Shown here one piece after another: positions 43,301 to 56,600 of a stretch of DNA of 64,000 nucleotides. This DNA is from the human T2T-CHM13v2.0 reference genome, Homo sapiens. Below the pieces are notes generated by a model that saw only the letters and a program-made list of their open reading frames with translations, was not told where the DNA came from and made no database searches. The stretch is from assembly GCF_009914755.1 (NCBI RefSeq), contig NC_060933.1, one strand, 5' to 3'. Within the stretch, counting starts at the first letter, position 1; every line of letters begins with the position of its first letter. Position numbers and translations under genes: made by a program.

Positions 43301-46300
43301 ATTCCATTCCGTTCCATTTAATTGCATTCCATTCTATTCCGGCTAATTCCATTCCATTCCATTCCATTCCATTCCATTCCATTCCATTCCATTCCATTGC
43401 AATCGAGTTGATTCCATTCCATTCCTTTCCATTCCATTAAATTGCCTTGCATTCCACTCGGGTTGATTCCATTCCCTTCTTTCCACTCCATTACATTCCC
43501 TTCCATTCCACTCGGAATGATTGGTTCCATTCCATTCCATTCCATTTCATTCCATTGCAATCCATTCCAATCCATTCCATTCCATTCCATTCCACTCGAG
43601 TTGATTTCATTCAATTCCTTTCCATTCCATTCCATTCCTTTCCACTCGAGTTGATTCCATTCCATTCCATTCCATTGCATTCCATTCCATGCCATTCCAC
43701 TCGGGTTGATTCCATTCCTTTGCATTCCATTCCATTCCATTCCATTCCATTCCTTTCCATTCCAATTCTTTGCATTCCTTTCTATTCCGTACCATTCCAT
43801 TCCATTCCATACAATTCCATTCCATTCCATTCCACTCCGTTCCGTTCCGTTCCGTTCCGTTCCATTCCATTCCATTCCATTCTATTCGGTTTAATTCCAT
43901 TCCATTCCATTCTATTCCATTCCATTGCAATCGAGTTGAATCCATTGCATTCCATTCCATTCCATTCCATTCCATTCCATTCCATTCCATTCCATTCAAT
44001 TCCGGAAGATTCCATTCCATTGCATTCCATTCCATTCCTTTCCATTCCATTCCATTCCATTGTACTCGGGTTGATTCCATTCGATTCCATTCCATTCCAT
44101 TCCATTCCATTCCATTCCATTCCGATCCATTCCATTCCATTACATTCGGATTGATTCTTTTCAACTCCCTTACTCTCCATTACATTCCATTCCATTCGGG
44201 TGGTTCCATTCCATTCCATTCCATTCCACTCCATTCCATTGCACTCGGGTTGATTCCATTCCTTTCCATTCCATTCGTTTTGAATCCATTCCACTCCATT
44301 CCATTCCATTGGAATCCATTCCATTGCACTCGGGTTGATTCCATTCCATTCCATTCCATTCGATTCCATTCCATTCCATTCCATTCCGTTCCATTCCATT
44401 TCATTACATTCAGATTGATTCTATTCAATTCCCTTACACTCCATTATATTCCACTCCATTCTGGTTGTTTCCATTCCATTCCATTCCATTTCACTCCATT
44501 CCTTTGCACTCGGTTTGATTCCATTCCATTCCATTCCATTCCATTCCGGATGATTCCATTCCATTGCATTCCATTCCATTCCATTCCCCTGCACTCAGGT
44601 TGATTCCATTCCATTCCATTCCACTCCATTCGGTTCCGTTCCATTCCATTCTATTGCATTCCATTCTATTCGGGTTAATTCCATTTCATTCTAATTCATT
44701 CCATTCCATTCCATTCCATTGCAATCGAGTTGATTTCATTCCATTCCATTCCATTCCGGATGATTCCATTCCATTGCATTCCATTCCATTCCATTCCCCT
44801 GCACTCGTGTTGATTCCATTCCCTTCCATTCCATTCCATTCCGTTCCATTTAATTGCATTCCATTCTATTCCGGCTAATTCCATTCCATTCCATTCCATT
44901 CCATTCCATTCCATTCCATTCCATTCCATTGCAATCGAGTTGATTCCATTCCATTCCTTTCCATTCCATTAAATTGCCTTGCATTCCACTCGGGTTGATT
45001 CCATTCCCTTCTTTCCACTCCATTACATTCCCTTCCATTCCACTCGGAATGATTGGTTCCATTCCATTCCATTCCATTTCATTCCATTGCAATCCATTCC
45101 AATCCATTCCATTCCATTCCATTCCACTCGAGTTGATTTCATTCAATTCCTTTCCATTCCATTCCATTCCTTTCCACTCGAGTTGATTCCATTCCATTCC
45201 ATTCCATTGCATTCCATTCCATGCCATTCCACTCGGGTTGATTCCATTCCTTTGCATTCCATTCCATTCCATTCCATTCCATTCCTTTCCATTCCAATTC
45301 TTTGCATTCCTTTCTATTCCGTACCATTCCATTCCATTCCATACAATTCCATTCCATTCCATTCCACTCCGTTCCGTTCCGTTCCGTTCCGTTCCATTCC
45401 ATTCCATTCCATTCTATTCGGTTTAATTCCATTCCATTCCATTCTATTCCATTCCATTGCAATCGAGTTGAATCCATTGCATTCCATTCCATTCCATTCC
45501 ATTCCATTCCATTCCATTCCATTCCATTCAATTCCGGAAGATTCCATTCCATTGCATTCCATTCCATTCCTTTCCATTCCATTCCATTCCATTGTACTCG
45601 GGTTGATTCCATTCGATTCCATTCCATTCCATTCCATTCCATTCCATTCCATTCCGATCCATTCCATTCCATTACATTCGGATTGATTCTTTTCAACTCC
45701 CTTACTCTCCATTACATTCCATTCCATTCGTGTTGTTCCTTTCAATTCCATTCCATTCCATTCCACTCCATTCCATTGCACTCGGGTTGATTCCATTCCA
45801 TTCCATTCCATTCCATTCCGGATGATTCCATTCCATTGCATTCCGTTCCATTACATTCCCCTGCACTCGGGTTGATTCCATTCCATTCCATTCCATTCCA
45901 TTCGATTCTATTCCTTTCCCCTGCACTCGCGTTGATTCCATTCCATTCCATTCCATTCCTTTCCATTCCATTCCATTCCTTTCCATTCCAGTCCTTTCCA
46001 TTCCATTCCACTCTGGTTGATTCCATTCTATTTGTTTCCATTCCATTCCATTCCCTTACATTCCACTCTGGTTGATTCCATTCCTTTCCATTCCACTCGA
46101 ATACATTCCCTCCTATTCCACTCGGAACGATTCCATTCCATTCCATTCCATTCCATTCCATTCCATTCCATTCCATTTCATTCCATTTTGTTCCATTCCA
46201 TTCTATTCCGTATCATTCCATTCCATTCCATTCCATTCCATTCCATTCCATTCCATTCCATTCCACTCGTGTTGATTCCATTCCTTTCCATTCCATTCGG

Positions 46301-49300
46301 TTTGAAGGTATTCCATTCCATTCCATTCCATTCCATTCCATTCCATTCCATTGTACTCGGGTTGATTCCATTCCATTGCATTCCATTCCATTACATTCCA
46401 TTCCATTCCGTTGCATTCCATTCCATTACATTCGGATTGATTCTATTCAACTCCCTTACTCTCCATTACATTCCATTCCATTCGGGTTGTTCCATTCCAT
46501 TCCATTCCATTCCACTCCATTCAATTGCACTCGGGTTGATTCCATTCCATTCCATTCCATTCCATTCCATTCCATTCCGGATGATTCCATTCCATTGCAT
46601 TCCGTTCAATTACATTCCCCTGCACTCGCGTTGATTCCATTCCATTCCATTCCATTCAATTCCATTCCATTACAATTCGTTCCATTCCATTCTATTCCGT
46701 ACCATTCCATTCCATTCCATACCATTCCATTGCATTCCATTCCATTCCATTCCGTTCCATTCCGTTCCATTCCATTCCATTCCATTCTATTCGGGTTAAT
46801 TCCATTCCATTCCATTCCATTCCATTCCATTCCATTCCATTCTATTCCATTCCATTGCAATCGAGTTGAATCCATTGCATTTCATTCCATTCTATTCCAT
46901 TCCATTCCATTCCGGAAGATTCCATTCCATTGCATTCCATTCCATTCCATTCCCCTGCACTCGCGTTGATTCCATTCCATTCCATTCCATTCCATTCCAT
47001 TCCGTTCCGTTCCGTTCCATTCCATTCCATTCCATTCCGTTCCATTCCGTTCCATTCCATTCCATGCCATTCTATTCGGGTTAATTCCATTCCATTCCAT
47101 TCGATTGCAATCGAGTTGATTCCATTCCATTCCATTCCATTCCATTCCATTCCATTCCATTCCATTCCTTTCCATTCCATTACGGATGATTCCATTCCAT
47201 TGCATTCCATTCCATTCCATTCCCCTGTACTCGGGTTGATTCCATTCCATTCCATTCGAATCCATGCCATTCCACTCGTGTTGATTCCATTCTTTCCATT
47301 CCATTCAAGTTGAATCCATTCCATTGCATTCCATTCCATTCGATTCCATTCGATTGCACTCGGGTTGATTCCATTCCATTGCATTCCGTTCCATTCCATT
47401 GCATTCCATTCCATTCCATTCCCTTCCATTCCATTCCATTACATTCGGATTGATTCTATTCAACTCCCTTACTCTCCATTACATTCCATTCCATTCGGGT
47501 TGTTCCATTCCATTCCATTCCATTCCACTCCTTTCCATTGCACTCGGGTTTATTCCATTCCATTCCATTCCATTCCATTCCATTCCATTCCATTCCATTC
47601 CGGAATATTCCATTCCATTGCATTCCATTCCATTCCATTCCCCTGCACTCGCGTTGATTCCATTCCATTCCATTCCATTCCGTTCCATTCCTTTCCATTC
47701 CATTACGTTCCGTTCCGTTCCATTCCATTCCATTCCATTCTATTCGGGTTACTTCCATTCCATTCCATTCGATTGCAATCGAGTTGATTCCATTCCATTC
47801 CATTCCATTCCATTCCTTTCCATTGCATTACTGATGATTCCATTCCATTGCATTCCATTCCATTCCATTCCCCTGTACTCGGGTTGATTCCATTCCATTC
47901 CATTCCATTCCATTCCATTCCGGATGATTCCATTCCATTCCATTCCATTCCATTCCGTTCCCCTGCACTCTGGTTGATTCCATTCCATTCCACTCCATTC
48001 CGTTCCATTCCATTCCATTCCATTGTATTCGGGTTAATTCCATTCCATTCCATTCCATTCCATTCCATTCCATTACAATCGAGTTGATTCCATTCCATTC
48101 CATTCCATTCCATTCCATTCCAGTCCTTTCCATTCCATTCCACTCGGGTTGATTCCATTCTATTAGTTTCCATTCCATTCCATTCCCTTCCATTCCACTC
48201 TGGTTGATTCCATTCCTTTCCATTCCACTCGAATACATTCCCTCCTATTCCACTCGGAACGATTCCATTCCATTCCATTCCATTCCATTCCATTCCATTC
48301 CATTCCATTCCATTTCGTTCCATTCCATTCTATTCCATATCATTCCATTCCATTCCATTCCATTCCATTCCATTCCATTCGTGTTGATTCCATTCCATTC
48401 CATTCCATTCGTGTTGATTCCATTCCTTTCCATTCCATTCGGTTTGAAGGCATTCCATTCCATTCCATTCCATTCCATTCCATTCCATTCCATTCCATTC
48501 CATTCCATTGTACTCGGGTTGATTCCATTCCATTGCATTCCATTACATTCCATTCCATTCCATTTCATTCCGTTGCATTCCATTCCATTCTGGATGATTC
48601 CATTCCATTGCATTCCGTTCCATTACATTCCCCTGCACTCTGGTTGATTCCATTCCATTCCATTCCATTCCATTCCATTCCATTCCATTCCATTCCATTC
48701 CAATTCTTTGCATTCCTTTCTATTCCGTACCATTCCATTCCATTCCATACAATTCCATTCCATTCCATTCCACTCCGTTCCGTTCCGTTCCGTTCCGTTC
48801 CATTCCATTCCATTCTATTCGGTTTAATTCCATTCCATTCCATTCTATTCCATTCCATTGCAATCGAGTTGAATCCATTGCATTCCATTCCATTCCATTC
48901 CATTCCATTCCATTCAATTCCGGAAGATTCCATTCCATTGCATTCCATTCCATTCCATTCCATTCCATTCCATTCCATTCCATTGTACTCGGGTTGATTC
49001 CATTCCATTCCATTCCATTACATTCCATTCCATTCCATTCCATTCCGATCCATTCCATTCCATTACATTCCGATTGATTCTTTTCATCTCCCTTACTCTC
49101 CATTACATTCCGTTCCATTCGGGTTGTTCCTTTCAATTCCATTCCATTCCATTCCACTCCATTCCATTGCACTCGTGTTGATTGCATTCCATTCCATTCC
49201 ATTCCATTCCGGATGATTCCATTCCATTGCATTTCGTTCCATTACATTCCCCTGCACTCGGGTTGATTCCATTCCATTCCATTCCATTCCATTCGATTCT

Positions 49301-49310
49301 ATTCCATTCC
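40347..49310 (+). repeat. Higher-order repeat copy 2 (~9.0 kb; includes 1,532 bp internal duplication)
   Basis: The offset to copy 1 is 7521 before and ~9043-9048 after the internal duplication (37818 vs 46866). It drops to 8959 after the copy-1-specific 74 bp duplication (38871 vs 47830). Confidence 0.9.
42711..45774 (+). repeat. Near-perfect 1,532 bp tandem duplication
   Basis: Identical translated ORFs occur at a constant offset of 1532 (43032/44564, 43318/44850, 43447/44979). The private variants CATTGGAATCC and CCATTTAATTGC occur in both copies. Confidence 0.93.
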
Positions 49311-52300
49311 CCTGCACTCGCGTTGATTCCATTCCATTCCATTCCATACAATTCCATTCCATTCCATTCCACTCCGTTCCGTTCCGTTCCGTTCCGTTCC
49401 ATTCCATTCCATTCCATTCTATTCGGTTTAATTCCATTCCATTCCATTCTATTCCATTCCATTGCAATCGAGTTGAATCCATTGCATTCCATTCCATTCC
49501 ATTCCATTCCATTCCATTCCATTCCATTCAATTCCGGAAGATTCCATTCCATTGCATTCCATTCCATTCCATTCCATTCCATTCCATTCCATTCCATTGT
49601 ACTCGGGTTGATTCCATTCGATTCCATTCCATTCCATTCCATTCCATTCCATTCCATTCCGATCCATTCCATTCCATTACATTCGGATTGATTCTTTTCA
49701 ACTCCCTTACTCTCCATTACATTCCATTCCATTCGTGTTGTTCCTTTCAATTCCATTCCATTCCATTCCACTCCATTCCATTGCACTCGGGTTGATTCCA
49801 TTCCATTCCATTCCATTCCATTCCGGATGATTCCATTCCATTGCATTCCGTTCCATTACATTCCCCTGCACTCGGGTTGATTCCATTCCATTCCATTCCA
49901 TTCCATTCGATTCTATTCCGTTCCCCTGCACTCGCGTTGATTCCATTCCATTCCATTCCATTCCATTCCATTCCATTCCATTCCATTCCTTTCCATTCCA
50001 GTCCTTTCCATTCCATTCCACTCTGGTTGATTCCATTCTATTTGTTTCCATTCCATTCCATTCCCTTACATTCCACTCTGGTTGATTCCATTCCTTTCCA
50101 TTCCACTCGAATACATTCCCTCCTATTCCACTCGGAACGATTCCATTCCATTCCATTCCATTCCATTCCATTCCATTCCATTCCATTCCATTTCATTCCA
50201 TTTTGTTCCATTCCATTCTATTCCGTATCATTCCATTCCATTCCATTCCATTCCATTCCATTCCATTCCATTCCACTCGTGTTGATTCCATTCCTTTCCA
50301 TTCCATTCGGTTTGAAGGTATTCCATTCCATTCCATTCCATTCCATTCCATTCCATTCCATTGTACTCGGGTTGATTCCATTCCATTGCATTCCATTCCA
50401 TTACATTCCATTCCATTCCGTTGCATTCCATTCCATTACATTCGGATTGATTCTATTCAACTCCCTTACTCTCCATTACATTCCATTCCATTCGGGTTGT
50501 TCCATTCCATTCCATTCCATTCCACTCCATTCAATTGCACTCGGGTTGATTCCATTCCTTTCCATTCCATTCCATTCCATTCCATTCCGGATGATTCCAT
50601 TCCATTGCATTCCGTTCCATTACATTCCCCTGCACTCGCGTTGATTCCATTCCATTCCATTCCATTCAATTCCATTCCATTACAATTCGTTCCATTCCAT
50701 TCTATTCCGTACCATTCCATTCCATTCCATACCATTCCATTGCATTCCATTCCATTCCATTCCGTTCCATTCCGTTCCATTCCATTCCATTCCATTCTAT
50801 TCGGGTTAATTCCATTCCATTCCATTCCATTCCATTCCATTCCATTCTATTCCATTCCATTGCAATCGAGTTGAATCCATTGCATTTCATTCCATTCTAT
50901 TCCATTCCATTCCATTCCGGAAGATTCCATTCCATTGCATTCCATTCCATTCCATTCCCCTGCACTCGCGTTGATTCCATTCCATTCCATTCCATTCCAT
51001 TCCATTCCGTTCCGTTCCGTTCCATTCCATTCCATTCCATTCCGTTCCGTTCCGTTCCATTCCATTCCATGCCATTCTATTCGGGTTAATTCCATTCCAT
51101 TCCATTCGATTGCAATCGAGTTGATTCCATTCCATTCCATTCCATTCCATTCCATTCCATTCCATTCCATTCCTTTCCATTCCATTACGGATGATTCCAT
51201 TCCATTGCATTCCATTCCATTCCATTCCCCTGTACTCGGGTTGATTCCATTCCATTCCATTCGAATCCATGCCATTCCACTCGTGTTGATTCCATTCTTT
51301 CCATTCCATTCAAGTTGAATCCATTCCATTGCATTCCATTCCATTCGATTCCATTCGATTGCACTCGGGTTGATTCCATTCCATTGCATTCCGTTCCATT
51401 CCATTGCATTCCATTCCATTCCATTCCCTTCCATTCCATTCCATTACATTCGGATTGATTCTATTCAACTCCCTTACTCTCCATTACATTCCATTCCATT
51501 CGGGTTGTTCCATTCCATTCCATTCCATTCCACTCCTTTCCATTGCACTCGGGTTTATTCCATTCCATTCCATTCCATTCCATTCCATTCCATTCCATTC
51601 CATTCCGGAATATTCCATTCCATTGCATTCCATTCCATTCCATTCCCCTGCACTCGCGTTGATTCCATTCCATTCCATTCCATTCCGTTCCATTCCTTTC
51701 CATTCCATTACGTTCCGTTCCGTTCCATTCCATTCCATTCCATTCTATTCGGGTTACTTCCATTCCATTCCATTCGATTGCAATCGAGTTGATTCCATTC
51801 CATTCCATTCCATTCCATTCCTTTCCATTGCATTACTGATGATTCCATTCCATTGCATTCCATTCCATTCCATTCCCCTGTACTCGGGTTGATTCCATTC
51901 CATTCCATTCCATTCCATTCCATTCCGGATGATTCCATTCCATTACATTCCATTCCATTCCGTTCCCCTGCACTCGGGTTGATTCCATTCCATTCCACTC
52001 CATTCCGTTCCATTCCATTCCATTCCATTGTATTCGGGTTAATTCCATTCCATTCCATTCCATTCCATTCCATTCCATTCCATTACAATCGAGTTGATTC
52101 CATTCCATTCCATTCCATTCCAGTCCTTTCCATTCCATTCCACTCGGGTTGATTCCATTCTATTAGTTTCCATTCCATTCCATTCCCTTCCATTCCACTC
52201 TGGTTGATTCCATTCCTTTCCATTCCACTCGAATACATTCCCTCCTATTCCACTCGGAACGATTCCATTCCATTCCATTCCATTCCATTCCATTCCATTC

Positions 52301-53305
52301 CATTCCATTTCGTTCCATTCCATTCTATTCCGTATCATTCCATTCCATTCCATTCCATTCCATTCCATTCCATTCCATTCGTGTTGATTCCATTCCATTC
52401 CATTCCATTCGTGTTGATTCCATTCCTTTCCATTCCATTCGGTTTGAAGGCATTCCATTCCATTCCATTCCATTCCATTCCATTCCATTCCATTGTACTC
52501 GGGTTGATTCCATTCCATTGCATTCCATTACATTCCATTCCATTCCATTTCATTCCGTTGCATTCCATTCCATTCCGGATGATTCCATTCCATTGCATTC
52601 CGTTCCATTACATTCCCCTGCACTCTGGTTGATTCAATTCCATTCCATTCCATTCCATTCCATTCCATTCCATTCCATTCCATTCCAATTCTTTGCATTC
52701 CTTTCTATTCCGTACCATTCCATTCCATTCCATACAATTCCATTCCATTCCATTCCACTCCGTTCCGTTCCGTTCCGTTCCGTTCCATTCCATTCCATTC
52801 TATTCGGTTTAATTCCATTCCATTCCATTCTATTCCATTCCATTGCAATCGAGTTGAATCCATTGCATTCCATTCCATTCCATTCCATTCCATTCCATTC
52901 CATTCAATTCCGGAAGATTCCATTCCATTGCATTCCATTCCATTCCATTCCATTCCATTCCATTCCATTCCATTGTACTCGGGTTGATTCCATTCCATTC
53001 CATTCCATTACATTCCATTCCATTCCATTCCATTCCGATCCATTCCATTCCATTACATTCCGATTGATTCTTTTCATCTCCCTTACTCTCCATTACATTC
53101 CATTCCATTCGGGTTGTTCCTTTCAATTCCATTCCATTCCATTCCACTCCATTCCATTGCACTCGTGTTGATTGCATTCCATTCCATTCCATTCCATTCC
53201 GGATGATTCCATTCCATTGCATTTCGTTCCATTACATTCCCCTGCACTCGGGTTGATTCCATTCCATTCCATTCCATTCCATTCCATTCGATTCCATTAC
53301 ATTCC
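49311..53305 (+). repeat. Higher-order repeat copy 3, internally deleted (~4.0 kb)
   Basis: It starts at the unit-initial CCTGCACTCGCGTTG word, then jumps to CATACAATTCC (49345, equivalent to 36297 in copy 1). Offsets are 13048-13053 to copy 1 and ~4005 to copy 2 (46842 vs 50847). Confidence 0.88.
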
Positions 53306-56300
53306 CCTGCACTCGCGTTGATTCCATTCCATTCCATTCCATTCCATTCCATTCCATTCCATTCCATTCCATTCCATTCTATTCCATTCCTTTCCGTTCC
53401 ATTCCATTCCATTCCATTCCATTCCGTTCCGTTCCATTCCATTCCATTCCATTCTATTCGGGTTAATTCCATTCCATTCCATTCGACTGCAATCGAGTTG
53501 ATTCCATTCCATTCCATTCCATTCCATTCCATTCCATTCCATTCCATTACGGATGATTCCATTCCATTGCATTCCGTTCCATTCCATTCCCTGAACTCGG
53601 GTTGATTCCATTCCTTTCCATTGCAATCCATGCCATTCCACTCGTGTTGATTCCATTCTTTCCTTTCCATTCAAGTTGAATCCATTCCATTGCATTCCAT
53701 TCCATTCGATTCCATTCGATTGCACTCGGGTTGATTCCATTCCATTGCATTCCATTCCATTCCATTCCATTCCATTCCATTCCATTCCGTTCCATTCCAT
53801 TTCATTACATTCAGATTGATTCTATTCAATTCCCTTACACTCCATTATATTCCAATCCATTCTGGTTGTTTCCATTCCATTCCATTCCATTTCACTCCAT
53901 TCAATTGCACTCGGGTTGATTCCATTCCATTCCATTCCATTCCATTTCATTCCGGGTGATTCCATTCCATTGCATTCCATTCCATTCCATTCCCCTGCAC
54001 TCGGGTTGATTCCATTCCATTCCATTACATTACATTCCGTTCCATTACATTACATTCCATTCGGATTGATTCTATTCAATTCCCTTACACTTCATTACAT
54101 TCCATTCCATTTGGGTAGTTTCCATTCCATTCCATTCCATTCCTCTCTATTCCATTGCACTCGGGTTGATTCCATTCCATTCCATTCCTTTCCATTCCAT
54201 TCCATTCCATTGTACTCGGGTTGATTCCATTCCATTGCATTCCATTCCATTCCATTCCATTCCGTTCCATTCCATTCCATTACATTCGGATTGATTCTAT
54301 TCAACTCCCTTACTCTCCATTGCATTCGATTCCATTCGGGTTGTTCCATTCCATTCCATTCCATTCCACTCCATTCCATTGCACTCGGGTTTATTCCATT
54401 CCATTCCATTCCATTCCGGAAGATTCCATTCCATTGCATTCCATTACATTCCATTCCCCTGCACTCGCGTTGATTCCATTCCATTCCATTCCATTCCAAT
54501 CCATTCCATTCCATTCCATTCCATTCCATTCCATTCCATTCCTTTCCGTTCCATTCCATTCCATTCCATTCCATTCCATTCCATTCCATTCCGTTCCGTT
54601 CCGTTCCATTCCATTCCATTCAATTCTATTCGGGTTAATTCCATTCCATTCCATTCGATTGCAATCGAGTTGATTCCATTCCATTCCATTCCATTCCATT
54701 CCATTCCATTCCTTTCCATTCCATTACGGATGATTCCATTCCATTGCATTCCATTCCATTCCCCTGTACTCGGGTTGATTCCATTCCATTCCATTCCAAT
54801 CCATGCCATTCCACTCGTGTTGATTCCATTCTTTCCATTCCATTGAAGTTGAATCCATTCCATTGCATTCCATTCCATTCGATTCCATTCGATTGCACTC
54901 GGGTTGATTCCATTCCATTGCATTCCATTCCATTCCATTTCATTCCATTCCATTCCTTTCCATTCCATTCCATTCCATTCCATTCCATTCCATTCCATTC
55001 CATTGCAATCGAGTTGATTCCATTCCATTCCTTTCCATTCCATTCCATTGCATTGCATTCCACTCGGGTTGATTCCATTCCCTTCTTTCCACTCCATTAC
55101 ATTCCCTTCCATTCCACTCGGAATGATTGATTCCATTCCATTCCATTCCATTCCATTTCATTCCATTGCAATCCATTCCAATCCATTCCATTCCATTCCA
55201 TTCCACTCGAGTTGATTTCATTCCATTCCTTTCCATTCCATTCCATTCCTTTCCACTCGAGTTGATTCAATTCCATTCCATTCCATTGCATTCCATTCCA
55301 TGCCATTCCACTCGGGTTGATTCCATTCCATTCCATTCCATTCCATTCCATTGCCTTCCATTCCATTCCATTCCATTGCATTGCATTCCATTCCATTCCC
55401 CTGCACTCGGGTTGATTCCATTCCATTCCATTCCATTTAATTCCATTCCATTCCTTTCCATTCCATTCCATTCCAATCCGTTCCATTCCATTCCATTCCA
55501 TTCCATTGCAATCGACTTGATTCCATTCCATTCCATTCCATTCCATTCCATTCCATTCAATTCCATTCCATTCCATTTTGTTCCAATCCATTCTATTCCG
55601 AACCATTCCATTCCATTCCATTCCATTCCATTCCATTCCATTCTATTCCATGCCATTCCACTCGGGTTGATTCCATTCCTTTCCATTCCATTCGTTTTGA
55701 ATCCATTCCACTCCATTCCATTCCATTCGAATCCATTCCATTGCACTCGGGTTGATTCCATTCCATTCCATTCCATTCGATTCCATTCCATTCCATTCCA
55801 TTCCGTTCCATTCCATTTCATTACATTCAGATTGATTCTATTCAATTCCCTTACACTCCATTATATTCCACTCCATTCTGGTTGTTTCCATTCCATTCCA
55901 TTCCATTTCACTCCATTCCTTTGCACTCGGTTTGATTCCATTCCATTCCATTCCATTCCATTCCGGATGATTCCATTCCATTGCATTCCATTCCATTCCA
56001 TTCCCCTGCACTCAGGTTGATTCCATTCCATTCCATTCCACTCCATTCGGTTCCGTTCCATTCCATTCTATTGCATTCCATTCTATTCGGGTTAATTCCA
56101 TTTCATTCTAATTCATTCCATTCCATTCCATTCCATTGCAATCGAGTTGATTTCATTCCATTCCATTCCATTCAGGATGATTCCATTCCATTGCATTCCA
56201 TTCCATTCCATTTCCCTGCACTCGTGTTGATTCCATTCCCTTCCATTCCATTCCATTCCGTTCCATTCCATTGCATTCCATTCTATTCCGGCTAATTCCA

Positions 56301-56600
56301 TTCCATTCCATTCCATTCCATTCCATTCCATTCCATTCCATTCCATTGCAATCGAGTTGATTCCATTCCATTCCTTTCCATTCCATTAAATTGCCTTGCA
56401 TTCCACTCGGGTTGATTCCATTCCCTTCTTTCCACTCCATTACATTCCCTTCCATTCCACTCGGAATGATTGGTTCCATTCCATTCCATTCCATTTCATT
56501 CCATTGCAATCCATTCCAATCCATTCCATTCCATTCCATTCCACTCGAGTTGATTTCATTCAATTCCTTTCCATTCCATACCATTCCTTTCCACTCGAGT
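53306..56600 (+). repeat. Higher-order repeat copy 4, 3'-truncated (~3.3 kb)
   Basis: The offset to copy 2 is 12949-12959 (40957 vs 53916; 42178 vs 55127; 43442 vs 56391). Colinearity is lost after ~56600. Confidence 0.88.
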
